Shown here: positions 22,553-34,464 of the stretch, piece after piece | Layout of the letters: each line of letters starts with the position of its first letter | How positions within the stretch are numbered: the stretch's first letter is position 1 | From: Mobula hypostoma | Lineage: Eukaryota | NCBI RefSeq assembly: GCF_963921235.1 | Contig: NC_086108.1 | Coordinates: 80,292,001 to 80,356,000 of the forward strand | Length of the DNA: 64,000 nucleotides | Reading direction: 5' to 3' | Made by a program: the position numbers and the translations under genes | Notes under the pieces: generated by a model | The model's database searches: none | What the model was told of the DNA's origin: nothing | The model's input: only the letters and a program-made list of their open reading frames with translations

Positions 22553-25416
22553 GTGGATGAATTGAAAGTGCAGATTGTTATTAATGATTATGATATAGTT
22601 GGGATCACAGAGACATGGCTCCAGGGTGACCAGGGATGGGAGCTCAACGTTCAGGGATATTCAATATTCAGGAGGGATAGACATGAAGGAAGGGGAGGTG
22701 GGGTGGCGTTGCTGGTTAAAGAAGAGATTAACACAATAGAAAGGAAGGACATAAGCTGGGAAGATGTGGAATCGATATGGGTAGAGCTGCGTAACACCAA
22801 GGGGCAGAAGACGCTGGTGGGAGTTGTGTACAGGCCACCTAACAGTCGTGGTGAGGTCGGAGATGGTATTAAACAGGAAATTAGAAATGTGTGCAATAAA
22901 GGAACAGCAGTTATAATGGGTGACTTCAATCTACATGTAGACTGGGTGAACCAAATTGGTAAAGGTGCTGAGGAAGAGGATTTCTTGGAATGTATGCGGG
23001 ATGGTTTTTTGAACCAACATGTCGAGGAACCAACTAGAGAGCAGGCTATTCTGGACTGGGTTTTGAGCAATGAGGAAGGGTTAATTAGTGATCTTGTCTG
23101 AGAGGCCCCTTGGGTAAGAGTGACCATAATATGGTGGAATTCTTCATTAAGATGGAGAGTGACATAATTAATTCAGAAACAAAGGTTCTGAAATTAAAGA
23201 GGGGTAACTTTGAAGGTATGAGACGTGAATTAGCTAAGATAGACTGGCAAATGACACTTAAAGGATTGACGGTGGATATGCAATGGCAAGAATTTAAAGG
23301 TTGCATGGATGAACTACAACAATTGTTCATCCCAGTTTGGCAAAAGAATAAATCAAGGAAGGTAGTGCACCCGTGGCTGACAAGAGAAATTAGGGATAGT
23401 ATCAATTCCAAAGAAGAAGCATACAAATTAGCCAGAGAAAGTGGCTCACCTGAGGACTGGGAGAAATTCAGAGTTCAGCAGAGGAGGACAAAGGGCTTAA
23501 TTAGGAAGGGGAAAAAAGATTATGAGAGAAAACTGGCAGGGAACATAAAAACGGACTGTAAAAGCTTTTATAGATATGTAAAAAGGAAAAGACTGGTAAA
23601 GACAAATGTAGGTCCCCTGCAGACAGAAACAGGTGAATTGATTATGGGGAGCAAGGACATGGCAGACCAATTGAATAGTTACTTTGGTTCTGTCTTCACT
23701 AAGGAGGACATAAATAATCTTCCAGAAATAGTAAGAGACAGAGGGTCCAGTGGGATGGAGGAACTGAGCAAAATACCTGTTAGTATGGAAGTGGTGTTAG
23801 GTAAATTGAAGGGATTGAAGGCAGATAAATCCCCAGGGCCAGATGGTCTGCATCCTAGAGTGCTTAAAGAAGTAGCCCAAGAAATAGTGGATGCATTAGT
23901 GATAATTTTTCAAAACTCGTTAGATTCTGGACTAGTTCCTGAGGATTGGAGGGTGGCTAATGTAACCCCACTTTTTAAAAAAGGAGGGAGAGAGAAACTG
24001 GGGAATTATAGACCGGTTAGCCTAACGTCGGTGGTGGGGAAACTGCTGGAGTCAGTTATCAAGGATGTGATAACAGCACATTTGGAAAGCGGTGAAATGA
24101 TCGGACAAAGTCAGCATGGATTTGTGAAAGGAAAATCATGTCTGACGAATCTCATAGAATTTTTTGAGGATGTAACTAGTAGAGTGGATAGGGGAGAACC
24201 AGTGGATGTGGTATATTTGGATTTTCAAAAGGCTTTTGACAAGGTCCCACACAGGAGATTAGTGTGCAAACTTAAAGCACACGGTATTGGGGGTAAGGTA
24301 TTGGTGTGGGTGGAGAATTGGTTAGCAGACAGGAAGCAAAGAGTGGGAATAAATGGGACCTTTTCAGAATGGCAGGCGGTGACTAGTGGGGTACTGCAAG
24401 GCTCAGTGCTGGGACCCCAGTTGTTTACAATATATATTAATGACCTGGATGAGGGAATTAAATGCAGCATCTCCAAGTTTGTGGATGACACGAAGCTGGG
24501 TGGCAGTGTTAGCAGTGAGGAGGATGCTGAGAGGATGCAGGGTGACTTGGATAGGTTGGGTGAGTGGGCAAATTCATGGCAGATGCAATTTAATGTGGAT
24601 AAATATGAAGTTATCCACTTTGGTGGCAAAAATAGGAAAACAGATTATTATCTGAATGGTGGCCGATTAGGAAAAGGGGAGGTGCAACGAGACCTGGGTG
24701 TCATTATACACCAGTCATTGAAAGTGGGCATGCAGGTACAGCAGGCGGTGAAAAAGGCGAATGGTATGCTGGCATTTATAGCGAGAGGATTCGAGTACAG
24801 GAGCAGGGACGTACTACTGCAGTTGTACAAGGCCTTGGTGAGACCACACCTGGAGTATTGTGTGCAGTTTTGGTCCCCTAATCTGAGGAAAGACATCTTT
24901 GCCATAGAGGGAGTACAAAGAAGGTTCACCAGATTGATTCCTGGGATGGCGGGACTTTCATATGAAGAAAGACTGAATGAATTGGGCTTGTACTCGTTGG
25001 AATTTAGAAGATTGAGGGGGGATCTGATTGAAACGTGTAAGATCCTAAAGGGATTGGACAGGCTAGATGCAGGAAGATTGTTCCCGATGTTGGGGAAGTC
25101 CAGAACGAGGGGTCACAGTTTGAGGATAGAGGGGAAGCCTTTTAGGACCGAGATTAGGAAAAACTTCTTCACACAGAGAGTGGTGAATCTGTGGAATTCT
25201 CTGCCACAGGAAACTGTTGAGGCCAGTTCATTGGCTATATTTAAGAGGGAGTTAGATATGGCCCTTGTGGCTACGGGGGTCAGGGGTTATGAAGGGAAGG
25301 CTGGGGCGGGGTTCTGAGTTGGATGATCAGCCATGATCATAATAAATGGCGGTGCAGGCTCGAAGGGCCAAATGGCCTACTCCTGCACCTATTTTCTATG
25401 TTTCTATGTTTCTATG
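22553..25416 (+). mobile_element. Young CR1 LINE, 5'-truncated; ORF2 nearly intact apart from one 1-bp deletion near 23098
   Basis: ORFs 22481-23101 (APE: GITETW, YRPPN, MGDFN) and 23110-25317 (SDHN, YLDFQKAFD, QGSVLGP, FVDD). 3' stem-loop ggtgcagg/cctgcacc at 25351-25389, (TTTCTATG)n tail, and duplicated ATGTG at both junctions. Confidence 0.97.
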
Positions 25417-25570
25417 TGACCAATTAACCTACTAATCCGTACGTTTTTGGACTGTGGGAGGAAACCAGAGCACCCGGGGGAAAGCCATGTTGTCATGGTG
25501 AGAGCATGTAAACTCCTTACAGAAAGTGGCGGTAATAGCATTATGTTAACCCTACCGTGACGCCCTGCTA
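25417..25570 (-). mobile_element. HE1/V-SINE-like SINE, split by the CR1; its 3' part is at about 22488-22555
   Basis: ttggactgtgggaggaaaccagagcacccggggg is the reverse complement of a V-domain; cccaattacatccatgtg|accaattaacc rejoins across the CR1. Confidence 0.8.
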
Positions 25571-27061
25571 TGGTGATACTGCATTTATGTTGCTGCTGGC
25601 ATGATAGAATTTGAGTTAATTGGGAACAGACTGAAAAGTTCATAAACTTAAGTTGGATTTGGATATGTTGAATCCGTTCCTTTTATTACAAATCCTGGAA
25701 TGATCTTTTGGGATGGATGGGCTGCCACCAATCAAAAACAAGGTCATTGTCATCCTTTTCCTCAAGGCACGATGAAGAGCAAGTGACATTGGGATTAACC
25801 ACCTGTCAGTGGTGCTTGCCTGTACAATTAAAGCAGCAGGGTAGCTGAATACTCAAACGAATGTCAAAAAATTTAAACAAAGTTGAAAATTCTTCTTCAT
25901 CTCCTCTCATACTTATTGTCTTGGAGCTCTCTGTGAAAGGATAAGTTATATTCGGATACAGTCTATGTGCATTGGGTCTGAATAGAGCAGAGTACATTTA
26001 AAATGTACGTAACCTGCTTATTAAAAGGATGCTTTATGTTGAATTTTGGTGCATGCCATTTAAGAACAGATGAATACAAAAGATTCAGTTTCTGTTTCTC
26101 CTTGCTATTTATTAATTTTTCCAGACCACCCTTGAAGGCTATTGCATTGCCTGCTCTGAAATGGATATGACCCTCAATTCAGTAGTTTGCATTCTACTAT
26201 ATGGCAACATCCCAAAATCACAAAAGGTCACCATTATATAAACTTCCAGGCTTGGTGCCAAAACTGTACAAAATATTTTCCACAATCTGATGTAGGTGCT
26301 TGAGCAATAACAAGACCCCTATTGTCTGAGTAACTGTGAGTTCATTACGTTCCTCTGGTATACTATCCTACGAGAACCAGAATCTTGTCATCTATTACTC
26401 GTGTCACATATGATACGAAGAATAAAACATGAAGTTGTTTTATGTTGCATAAATTCCATCTGGAGTACACCTCAAGTCCAGCTCAACAACTAATTTCTGT
26501 TGCTGAGGAAATAATATTTAAATGCAACACAAAGTCAGGCAGCATCTATGGAGGGGAATAAACAGTCAGCATTTGGGCCAAGTCCCTTCGTTAGGTCTGG
26601 AAAAGAAGAGGGAAGAAGCTAGAATAGGAAGGAGAGGAGTTATGATTTGCCACTTCAAATGTTTTGTCAAAACTTCTGTTAGGTAAGAGTATCAAAGCAT
26701 TATGAAATAAAGATAGGTTTGTAGGTAAATTGAGTTGAGATCTGACATGATTTAATGCAGTGACAGAATGGACACCAGGGCTGAATATCCTATCTCTGCT
26801 TCTTTATGTTTTAAACCTACATAAATCATTTGGGCCATACTGGATCAGAATCAAAATATATACTGTATATCTTAGCATGCTGTGTCATCACCTCTGCTCT
26901 GAAGCATCAAAAGTCAAAATAGTGGCAGAGCCTTAATTTCCCTCTTTCTGCAAATTACGCAACTTCAGGGTGTTTACCAAAAAAAAAGGCCTGACATTAG
27001 TGCCAATGGGTCACATTGAAATATCATCATCTGCATCTAATGCCTAGCAGAAATTCCACAG

Positions 27062-27225
27062 ACAACACACACAAAATGCTGGTGGAATGCATTTTGTCTG
27101 ATGAAGGGTCTCGGCCCGATACATCGACTGTACCTCTTCCTATGATGCTGCCTGGCCTGCTGCTGCCACCAGCATTTTGTGTGTGTTGCTTGAATTTCCA
27201 GCACCTGCAGATTCTCTCATGTTTG
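27062..27225 (+). mobile_element. Penelope pLTR mini-insertion with inverted 5' segment and decayed hammerhead
   Basis: 13-bp TSD agaaattccacag at 27049-27061 and 27226-27238. Perfect 23-bp inverted repeat at 27063-27085 / 27166-27188. Core reads ctgatgaagggtctcggcccgatacatcgactg. Confidence 0.85.
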
Positions 27226-27644
27226 AGAAATTCCACAGTACTGCTTTTAAAAAATAAGTCAAAAAACATATCATTACAGAAGTTACTCTTAATATTTTAA
27301 ATTTATTTCTAAGAGGATTAAGTTATTAAGTTTCTCTCCTTAATATATCAGGGATGTTTGATCGGAGACGGTCCGTACCAAAAATTGTGTATGAAATTTG
27401 CTTTGGAATGCAACTATACAAAGGAACCATCTAGGGGTTTGTGGTAATAATTGTTCTGTGGATATGATGCTTTAGAATGATAGTGCATGTAAATTGGTTT
27501 CTGTACTGAGGTATAGTGAACAACCTCGTTTTACTTGCCATCCATTCATATCATTTCATTACAACACTGCATTAAGGAAGTACAGGAGAAATCAATGTGA
27601 ATGCAGATTAAGGTCATCACCCTGACACAGTGGTGTCAAGGAAA

Positions 27645-30508
27645 CAACCACTGGGTGTTTTTTATAGGCCACCCAATAGTAACAGGGATATGGAGGAGCA
27701 GATAGGGAAACAGATCCTGGAAAGGTGTAATAATAACAGAGATGTTGTGATGGGAGATTTAATTTCCCAAATATCAATTGGCATTTCCCTAGAGCAAGGG
27801 TTTAGATGGGGTGGAGTTTGTTAGGTGTGTTCAGGAAGGTTTCTTGACACAATATGTAGATAAGCCTACAAGAGGAGAGGCTGTACTTGACTTGGTATTG
27901 GGAAATGAACCTGGTCAAGTGTCAGATCTCTCAGTGGGAGAGCATTTTGGAGATAGTGATCATAATTCTATCTCCTTTACAACAGCATTGGAGAGAGATA
28001 GGAACAAACAAGTTAGAAAAGTGTTTAATTGGAGTAAGGGGAATTATGAGGCAATCAGGCAGGAAATTGGAGTCTTAAATTGGAAACACATGTTCTCAAG
28101 GAAAAGTACAGAAGAAATGTGGCAAACATTCAGGGGATATTTGTGTGGAGTTCTGCATAGGTACGTTCCAATGAGACAGGGAAATTATCGTAGGGTACAG
28201 GAACCGTGGTGTACAAAGGCTGTAATAAATCTAGTCAAAAAGAAAAGAAAAGCTTACAAAAGGTTCCGAGAGCTAGGCAATGTTAGAGATCTAGAAGATT
28301 ATGAGGCTAGTAGGAAGAAGCTTAAGAAGGAAATTAGGAGAGCCAGAAGGGGCCATGAAAAGGCCTTGGCAGGCAGGATTACGGAAAACCCCAAGGCATT
28401 CTACAAGTATGTGAAGAGCAAGAGGATAAGACGTGAAAGAATAGGACCTATCAAGTGTGACAGTGGGAAAGTATGTATGGAACTGGAGGAAATAGCAGAG
28501 GTACCTAATGAATACTTTACTTCAGTATTCACTATGGAAAAGGATCTTGGTGATTGTGGCGATGACTTGCAGCAGACTGAAAAGTTTGAGCATGTAGATA
28601 TTAAGAAAGAGGATGTGCTGGAGCTTTTGGAAAGCATCAAGTTGGATAAGTTACCCAGACCAGATGAGATATACCTCAGGCTACTATGGGAGGCGAGGGA
28701 GGAGATTGATGAGCCTCTGGTGATGATCTTTGCATCATCAATGGGGACGGGAGAGGTTCTGGAGGATTGGAGGGTTGCGGATGTCGTTCCTTTATTTAAG
28801 AAAGGGAGTCGAGATTGCCCAGGAAATTATAGACCAGTGAGTCTTACCTCAGTGGTCGGTAAGTTGATGGAGAAGATCCTGAGAGGCAGGATTTATGAAG
28901 ATTTGGAGAAGCATAATATGATTAGGAGTAGTCAGCATGGCTTTGTCAAGGGCAGGTCATGCCTTACGAGCCTGTTTGAATTTTTTGAGGATGTGACTAA
29001 ATAGATTGTTGAAGGAAGAGCAGTAGATGTAGTGTATATGGATTTCAGCAAGGCATTTGATAAGATACCCCATGCAAGGCTTATTGAGAAAGTAAGGAGG
29101 CATAGGATCCAAGGGGACATTGCTTTGTGGATCCAGAAGTGGCTTTCACACAGAAGGCAAAGAGTGGCTGTAGACGGGTCATATTCTGCGTGGAGGTCAG
29201 TCACCAGTGGAGTGCCTCAGGGATCTGTTCTGGGACCCTTAATCTTCATGATTTTTATAAATGACCTGGACGAGGAAGTGGTGGGATGGGTTAGTAAGTT
29301 TGCTGATGACACAAAGGTTGGAGATGTTGTGGATAGTGTGGAGGGCTGTCAGAGGTTACAGTGGACATCGATAGGACACAAAACTGGGCTGAGAAGTGGC
29401 AGATGGAGTTCAACGCAGATAAGTGTGAGGTGGTTCATTTTGGTAGGTCAAATATGATGGCAGGATATAGCATTAATGGTAAGACTCTTGGCAGTGTGGA
29501 GGATCAGAGGGATCTTGGGGTCCGAGTCCATAGGACACTCAAAACTGATGCACAGGTTGATTCTGTGGTTAAGAAGGCGTACGGTGTATTGGCCTTCATC
29601 AATCGTGGAATTGAATTTAGGAGCTGAGAGGTAATGTTGCAGCTATCTAGGACCCTGGTCGGACCACACTTGGAGTACTGTGCTCAGTTCTGGTCGCATC
29701 ACTACAGGAAGGATGTGGAAGCCATAGAAAGGGTGCAGAGGAGATGTACAAGAATGTTGTCTGGTTTGGGGAGCATGCCTTATGAAATCAGGTTGAGTGA
29801 ACTCAGCCTTTTCTCCTTGAAGCGACAGAGGATGAGAGGTGACCCGATAGAGTTGTTTAAGATGATGAGATGCATTGATCGTGTGGATAGTCAGAGGCTT
29901 TTTCCCAGGGCTGAAATGGTTGCCACAAGAGGACACAGGTTTAAGGTGCTGCGGAGTAGGTACAGAGGAGGTAAGTCAGGGGTAAGTTTTTGACTCAGAG
30001 AGTGGTGGGTGTGTGGAGTGGGCTGCCAGCAACGGTGGTGGAGGCGGATACGATAAGGTCTTTTAAGAAGCTTTTAGATAGGTACATTAAAGGCATCCGT
30101 TAGTCTTGTGAGACCATGGATCTGCGCCTGGAAAGTCTTCACTCTCCAGGGCGCAGGCCTGGGCAAGGTTGTATGGAAGACCAGCAGTTGCCCATGCTGC
30201 AAGTCTCCCCTCATGACACTGATGTTGTCCAAGGGAAGGGCAAGGGCCAATACAGCTTGGCACGAGTGTCGTCACAGAGCTCTGTGTGGTTAAGTACCTT
30301 GCTCAAGGACACAACACGCTGCCTCGGCTGGGGCTCGAACTCACGACCTTCAGGTCGCTAGTCAAATGCCTTAACCACTTGGTACATGGAGCTTAGTAAA
30401 ATAGAGGGCTATAGGTAAGCCTAGTAATTTCTAAGGTGGGGACATGTTTGGCACAACTCTGTGGGATGAAGGGCCTGTATTGTGCTGTAGGTTTTCTATA
30501 CCTTCTAT
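27645..30508 (+). mobile_element. CR1 LINE ORF2, moderately degraded
   Basis: ORFs 27811-29004, 29032-29457, 29361-29627 and 29634-29993 carry SDHN, NYRPVSLTS, GVPQGSVLGP and FADD; a tail follows. Confidence 0.95.
30088..30380 (-). mobile_element. tRNA-derived SINE inserted in the CR1 3' end
   Basis: 7-bp TSD ggtacat at 30081-30087 and 30381-30387. Minus strand reads ccaagtggttaagg (A box), gagttcgagccc (B box), then gtgtccttgagcaagg. Confidence 0.85.
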
Positions 30509-30509
30509 A

Positions 30510-31248
30510 ACTCTCCCTCAATGTCGCAAAAACAAAAGAGCTGGTTGTGGACTACAGGAAGAATGGAGACAGGCTAACTCCTATTGACATCAATAGATCT
30601 GGAGTTGAGAGGGTGAACATCTTTAAGTTCCTCAGCATAGACATCACCGAAGATTTCACATGGTCTGTGCATACCGGCTGTGTGGTGAAAAAAGTACAAC
30701 AGCATCTCTTTACCTCAGACAATTGAAGAACTTTGGCTTAAGCCCCCAGATCTTGAGGACTTTCTACAGGGGCACAATTGAGAGCATCCTGACTGGCTGC
30801 ATCACTGCCTGGTATTGGAACTGTACTTCCCTCAATCACAGTAGTCTGCAGAGAGTGGTGTGGACAGCCCAGCGCATCTGTAGATGTGAACTTCCCACTA
30901 TTCAGGACATTTACAGAGACAGCAGTGTAAAAAGGCCCAAAGGATCATTGGGGACCTGAGTCACCCCAATCACAAACTGTTACAGCTGCTACTATGCGGA
31001 AAACGGTATTGCAGCATAAAGGCAGGACCAACAGGCTCCTGGACAGCTTCTTCGTCTGTGCCATCAGACTGATTAATTCACACTGATACAATTGTATTTC
31101 TATGCTCTATTGACTGTCCTGTTGTACATACTATTTATTACAAATGACTATAAATTTCACATTGCACATTTAGACGGAGATGTAACATAAAGATTTTTAC
31201 TCCTCATGTATATGAAGGATATAAGAAATAAAGTCAATTCAATTCAAT
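30510..31248 (+). mobile_element. Rex1-clade LINE 3' portion
   Basis: Contains YLRQLKNFGLSPQILRTFYRGTIESILTGCITAWYWNC; tail is aataaagtcaattcaattcaat. Confidence 0.9.
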
Positions 31249-31301
31249 ACAGGTACAGACAAAGTGCAGTGCAAACAGACAATAAGCCTCAAGGCCATAA
31301 C

Positions 31302-32180
31302 AGCAACACACATAAAAGTTGCTGGTGAACGCAGCAGGCCAGGCAGCATCTCTAGGAAGAGGTACAGTTGACGTTTCAGGCCGAGACCCTTCGTCAGGAC
31401 TAACTGAAAGAAGAGCTAGTAAGAGATTTGAAAGTGGAAGGGGGAGGGGGAGGTCCAAAATGATGGGAGAAGACAGGAGGGGGAGGGATGGAGCCAAGAG
31501 CTGGACAGGTGATTGGCAAAAGGGATATGAGAGGATCATGGGACAGGAGGCCTAGGGAGAAAGAAAATAGGGAGGTGGGGAAAAAGCCCAGAGGATGGGC
31601 AAGGGGCACAGTGAGAGGGACAGAGGGAGAAAAAGGAGAGAGAGGGAAAGAATGTGTGTATATAAAGAAATAACGGATGGGGTACGAGGGGGAGGCGGGG
31701 CATCAGCGGAAGTTTGAGAAGTCAATGTTCATGCCGTCAGGTTGGAGGCTACCCAGACAGAATATAAGGTGTTGTTCCTCCAACCTGAGTGTGGCTTCAT
31801 CTCTACAGTAGAGGAGGCCGTGGATAGACATGTCAGAATGGGAATGGGATGTGGAATTAAAATGTGTGGCCACTGGGAGATCCTGCTTTCTCTGGTGGAC
31901 AGAGCATAGGTGTTCAGCGAAATGCTCTCCCAACCTGCGTCGGGTCTCGCCAATATATAGAAGGCCCAATCGGGAGCACCGGACGCAGTATATCACCCCA
32001 GCCGGCTCACAGGTGAAGTGTCGCCTCATCTGGAAGGACTGTCTGGGGCCCTGAATGGTGGTGAGGGAGGAAGTGTAAGGGCATGTGTAGCACTTGTTCC
32101 GCTTACACGGATAAGTGCCAGGAGGGAGATCAGTGGGGAGGGGTGGGGGTGGGGGGCCGTATGAATGGACAAGGGAGGTC
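31302..32180 (-). mobile_element. Penelope-like element 3' part: GIY-YIG endonuclease, 3' UTR and pLTR
   Basis: ORF 31703-32182 has CKRNKCYTC...VIYCVRCSRLGLLYIGETRRRLGEHFAEH...EEQHLIFCLGSLQPDGMN. Confidence 0.92.
31365..31406 (-). ncRNA. Minimal type I hammerhead ribozyme motif in the Penelope pLTR
   Basis: Minus strand reads cagttagtc-CTGACGA-agggtctcggcct-GAAA-cgtc-aactg. Confidence 0.75.
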
Positions 32181-34464
32181 AAGATTCTATCTGATCATAC
32201 TAAGGTAGCTTTCAATAGTCTTATAACAATGGGATAGAATCTATCATAGAGTCTGGAAGTATGTGTGTTTAGTCTTCTGTATCTTTTGCATTGTAGGGGA
32301 ATTAAGGGTTATGAAGAAAAGGCAGGTGGTTGGAGGTGAGTCCATGGTCAGATCAGCCATGATCTTATTGAATGGCAGAGCAAGCTCGATGGGCGGGATG
32401 GCTGACTCCTGCTCCTATTTCTTATGTTCCTATGTTCTTTTACCTGATAGAAGAAGGGATAAGAGAGAATGTCTGGAGTAAGTGAGGTGTATTGATTAAT
32501 TTGGCTGCTTTATTGAGGCAGATAGAAGTGTAGAGGAGGCAGGTTTCTTGAGGTCACAGCAGAGCAGTTGCCATACAAAACACGATGAATTCAGATAGAA
32601 TGCTGTCTATGTTGACCGTCTGGAAATTGCATTCTCTTTATATTTTTATCCGTACAATGGGAAAAAGCTTGTAAAGTGTCAGTTCCAAACTGGTGCAACT
32701 GCCAGAATTGGTGGATCACCTAATATTAAGTGACCTGTCTTGTGTCCTTAACATCATTAACATTCCGTCGGTTATAGTAGTGACAGAAATGGATACTTGG
32801 GGAGAGGATCAAAGCTATTAGTGAACCCTCTTCACCAAGAAAAAGTTAATGATCTCATCTGTTAAATATTAAAATACAAGCTTGGTATATCTGCCTGTGG
32901 AATTGATCTGAAGAAGTCAGGAGGGCATTGTCTTAAGTGAACTATGATAGCAGAATGGTTCTCTCATTTGACACTGTTGGGATTGTCTTGATAGTCCAGG
33001 TCCTAAACCCCAGACTGTGGAGTGCAAGTTGTCTCAACACAGATTACTTTAACACGGGGAAAAATGTTGTACATCAACTCTCCTTGCGTGTAGCATATAG
33101 TTTTGACTCTGAGATGCATTGGTTGCTTTACTACCTTGAGCATGCTGTTCAAGTGCAGCATGTTAGAATATGTGATATTTTAAATAATTTGTTACCAAAT
33201 CACAGCTGGAAGCAACAACATGTTTTAGAAAGTCTAGTCACATTTGTATACAGTCATTATTGTTCAGTATTTCAGTTATTTTAGATTGAATTGCTGAATG
33301 AATGATTCACTGTGTTAAGGCCCTTAGAGGTGCCAATTGGCTCTGCTTATTCCTGTTTTTATAGAAATCTTGATCCAAGGATAATTCAAATATAGCGTGC
33401 CTTGACAAACACATTATTCTTCTTGTATAATTTTAACGTAATAGGAGTACATGGGAAATTATTTGGCATTTTGAGGTTTTATTTCTTCCTTTGATTGTCT
33501 ATCTGATGTCAACTGAATAAGATCTGCATTGTTATTAAATCAGACTACTGTGGCCAATACCTGACATGTTGATACATTACTTCCTCTTGCAGTGTATAAA
33601 CTATGTATTCAGTGTTTGCTTTCTACAAAAGACTCTCAGGAAAGGGGGCTGCATTCAAAGACAAATTCTAAAATATGTTTCTTTAAACAAAGCTGTAGAA
33701 TATATAAAGCTGGTTTCATTTTAACCAAGATAACAATTGTGGCTCAGTAAACTTTAATTAGTTGATGCACATCATTGTACCCCAAGTAAACTTTCCTGCA
33801 GTTGGTCTGAACCTTTTGAAAGTTAAAACATTGTTATTCTATCCTTTCATCTCTTTCTCATGCATGTTGTTCAACCTGTTCTTTGTTTTTGATCCCATGC
33901 CATGGAGTAAAGTACATTTGTATATTGGCAGGATTTGTTTGGGCATGAGAGATTCTTCAAGGAAATCTGTCTGATGGGCTTAATCCTTCTTTATCACATA
34001 ATCATGGAGCTGCTTGTGTTGACATGTTCTTCAAAGATCTAAATTAAATCAGTTGTGTGAAATACAGATTTTCAGGGGCATTTTGAACATGCAAGCACAT
34101 AAACATTAAAATAATCAGTTACTTGTTGTTCTTAAGGCCTCCAGAGATGAAGAGAGATGATTGAAATAGTGGACAGAGGTGAGCAAGTCTTTTGTTCAAC
34201 TAACAAAAGAGGCAAATTTAGTTTGTCTGGTCCTCTCCATTATTCTCACATTTGATTAATGGCAAGACAACAGTGACTTTAGATTATTAGAATAACTAAC
34301 TGTTGGAATAATATCAGAAAAATATCGAACATCATGGCATATAATGTAATACCTTGTAATGGCATGGGTTTAAATATGTTATTATTTCCAAGATTAATCT
34401 GATGGTTAACTATGTTTAGTCGTATTTAAGCAAGAATCTAAGTGAAGTTAATTGCAGAAAATCT

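Noticed and set aside
22651..24929. Antisense ORFs recurring near-identically at 61995-62699
   Set aside because: They are shadows of CR1 ORF2 and recur only because the element is repeated.
23110..25317. 735-aa ORF as a host or domesticated gene
   Set aside because: It is plain CR1 ORF2, 5'-truncated, frameshifted upstream and multicopy within the window. FVDD alone is not evidence of a new function.
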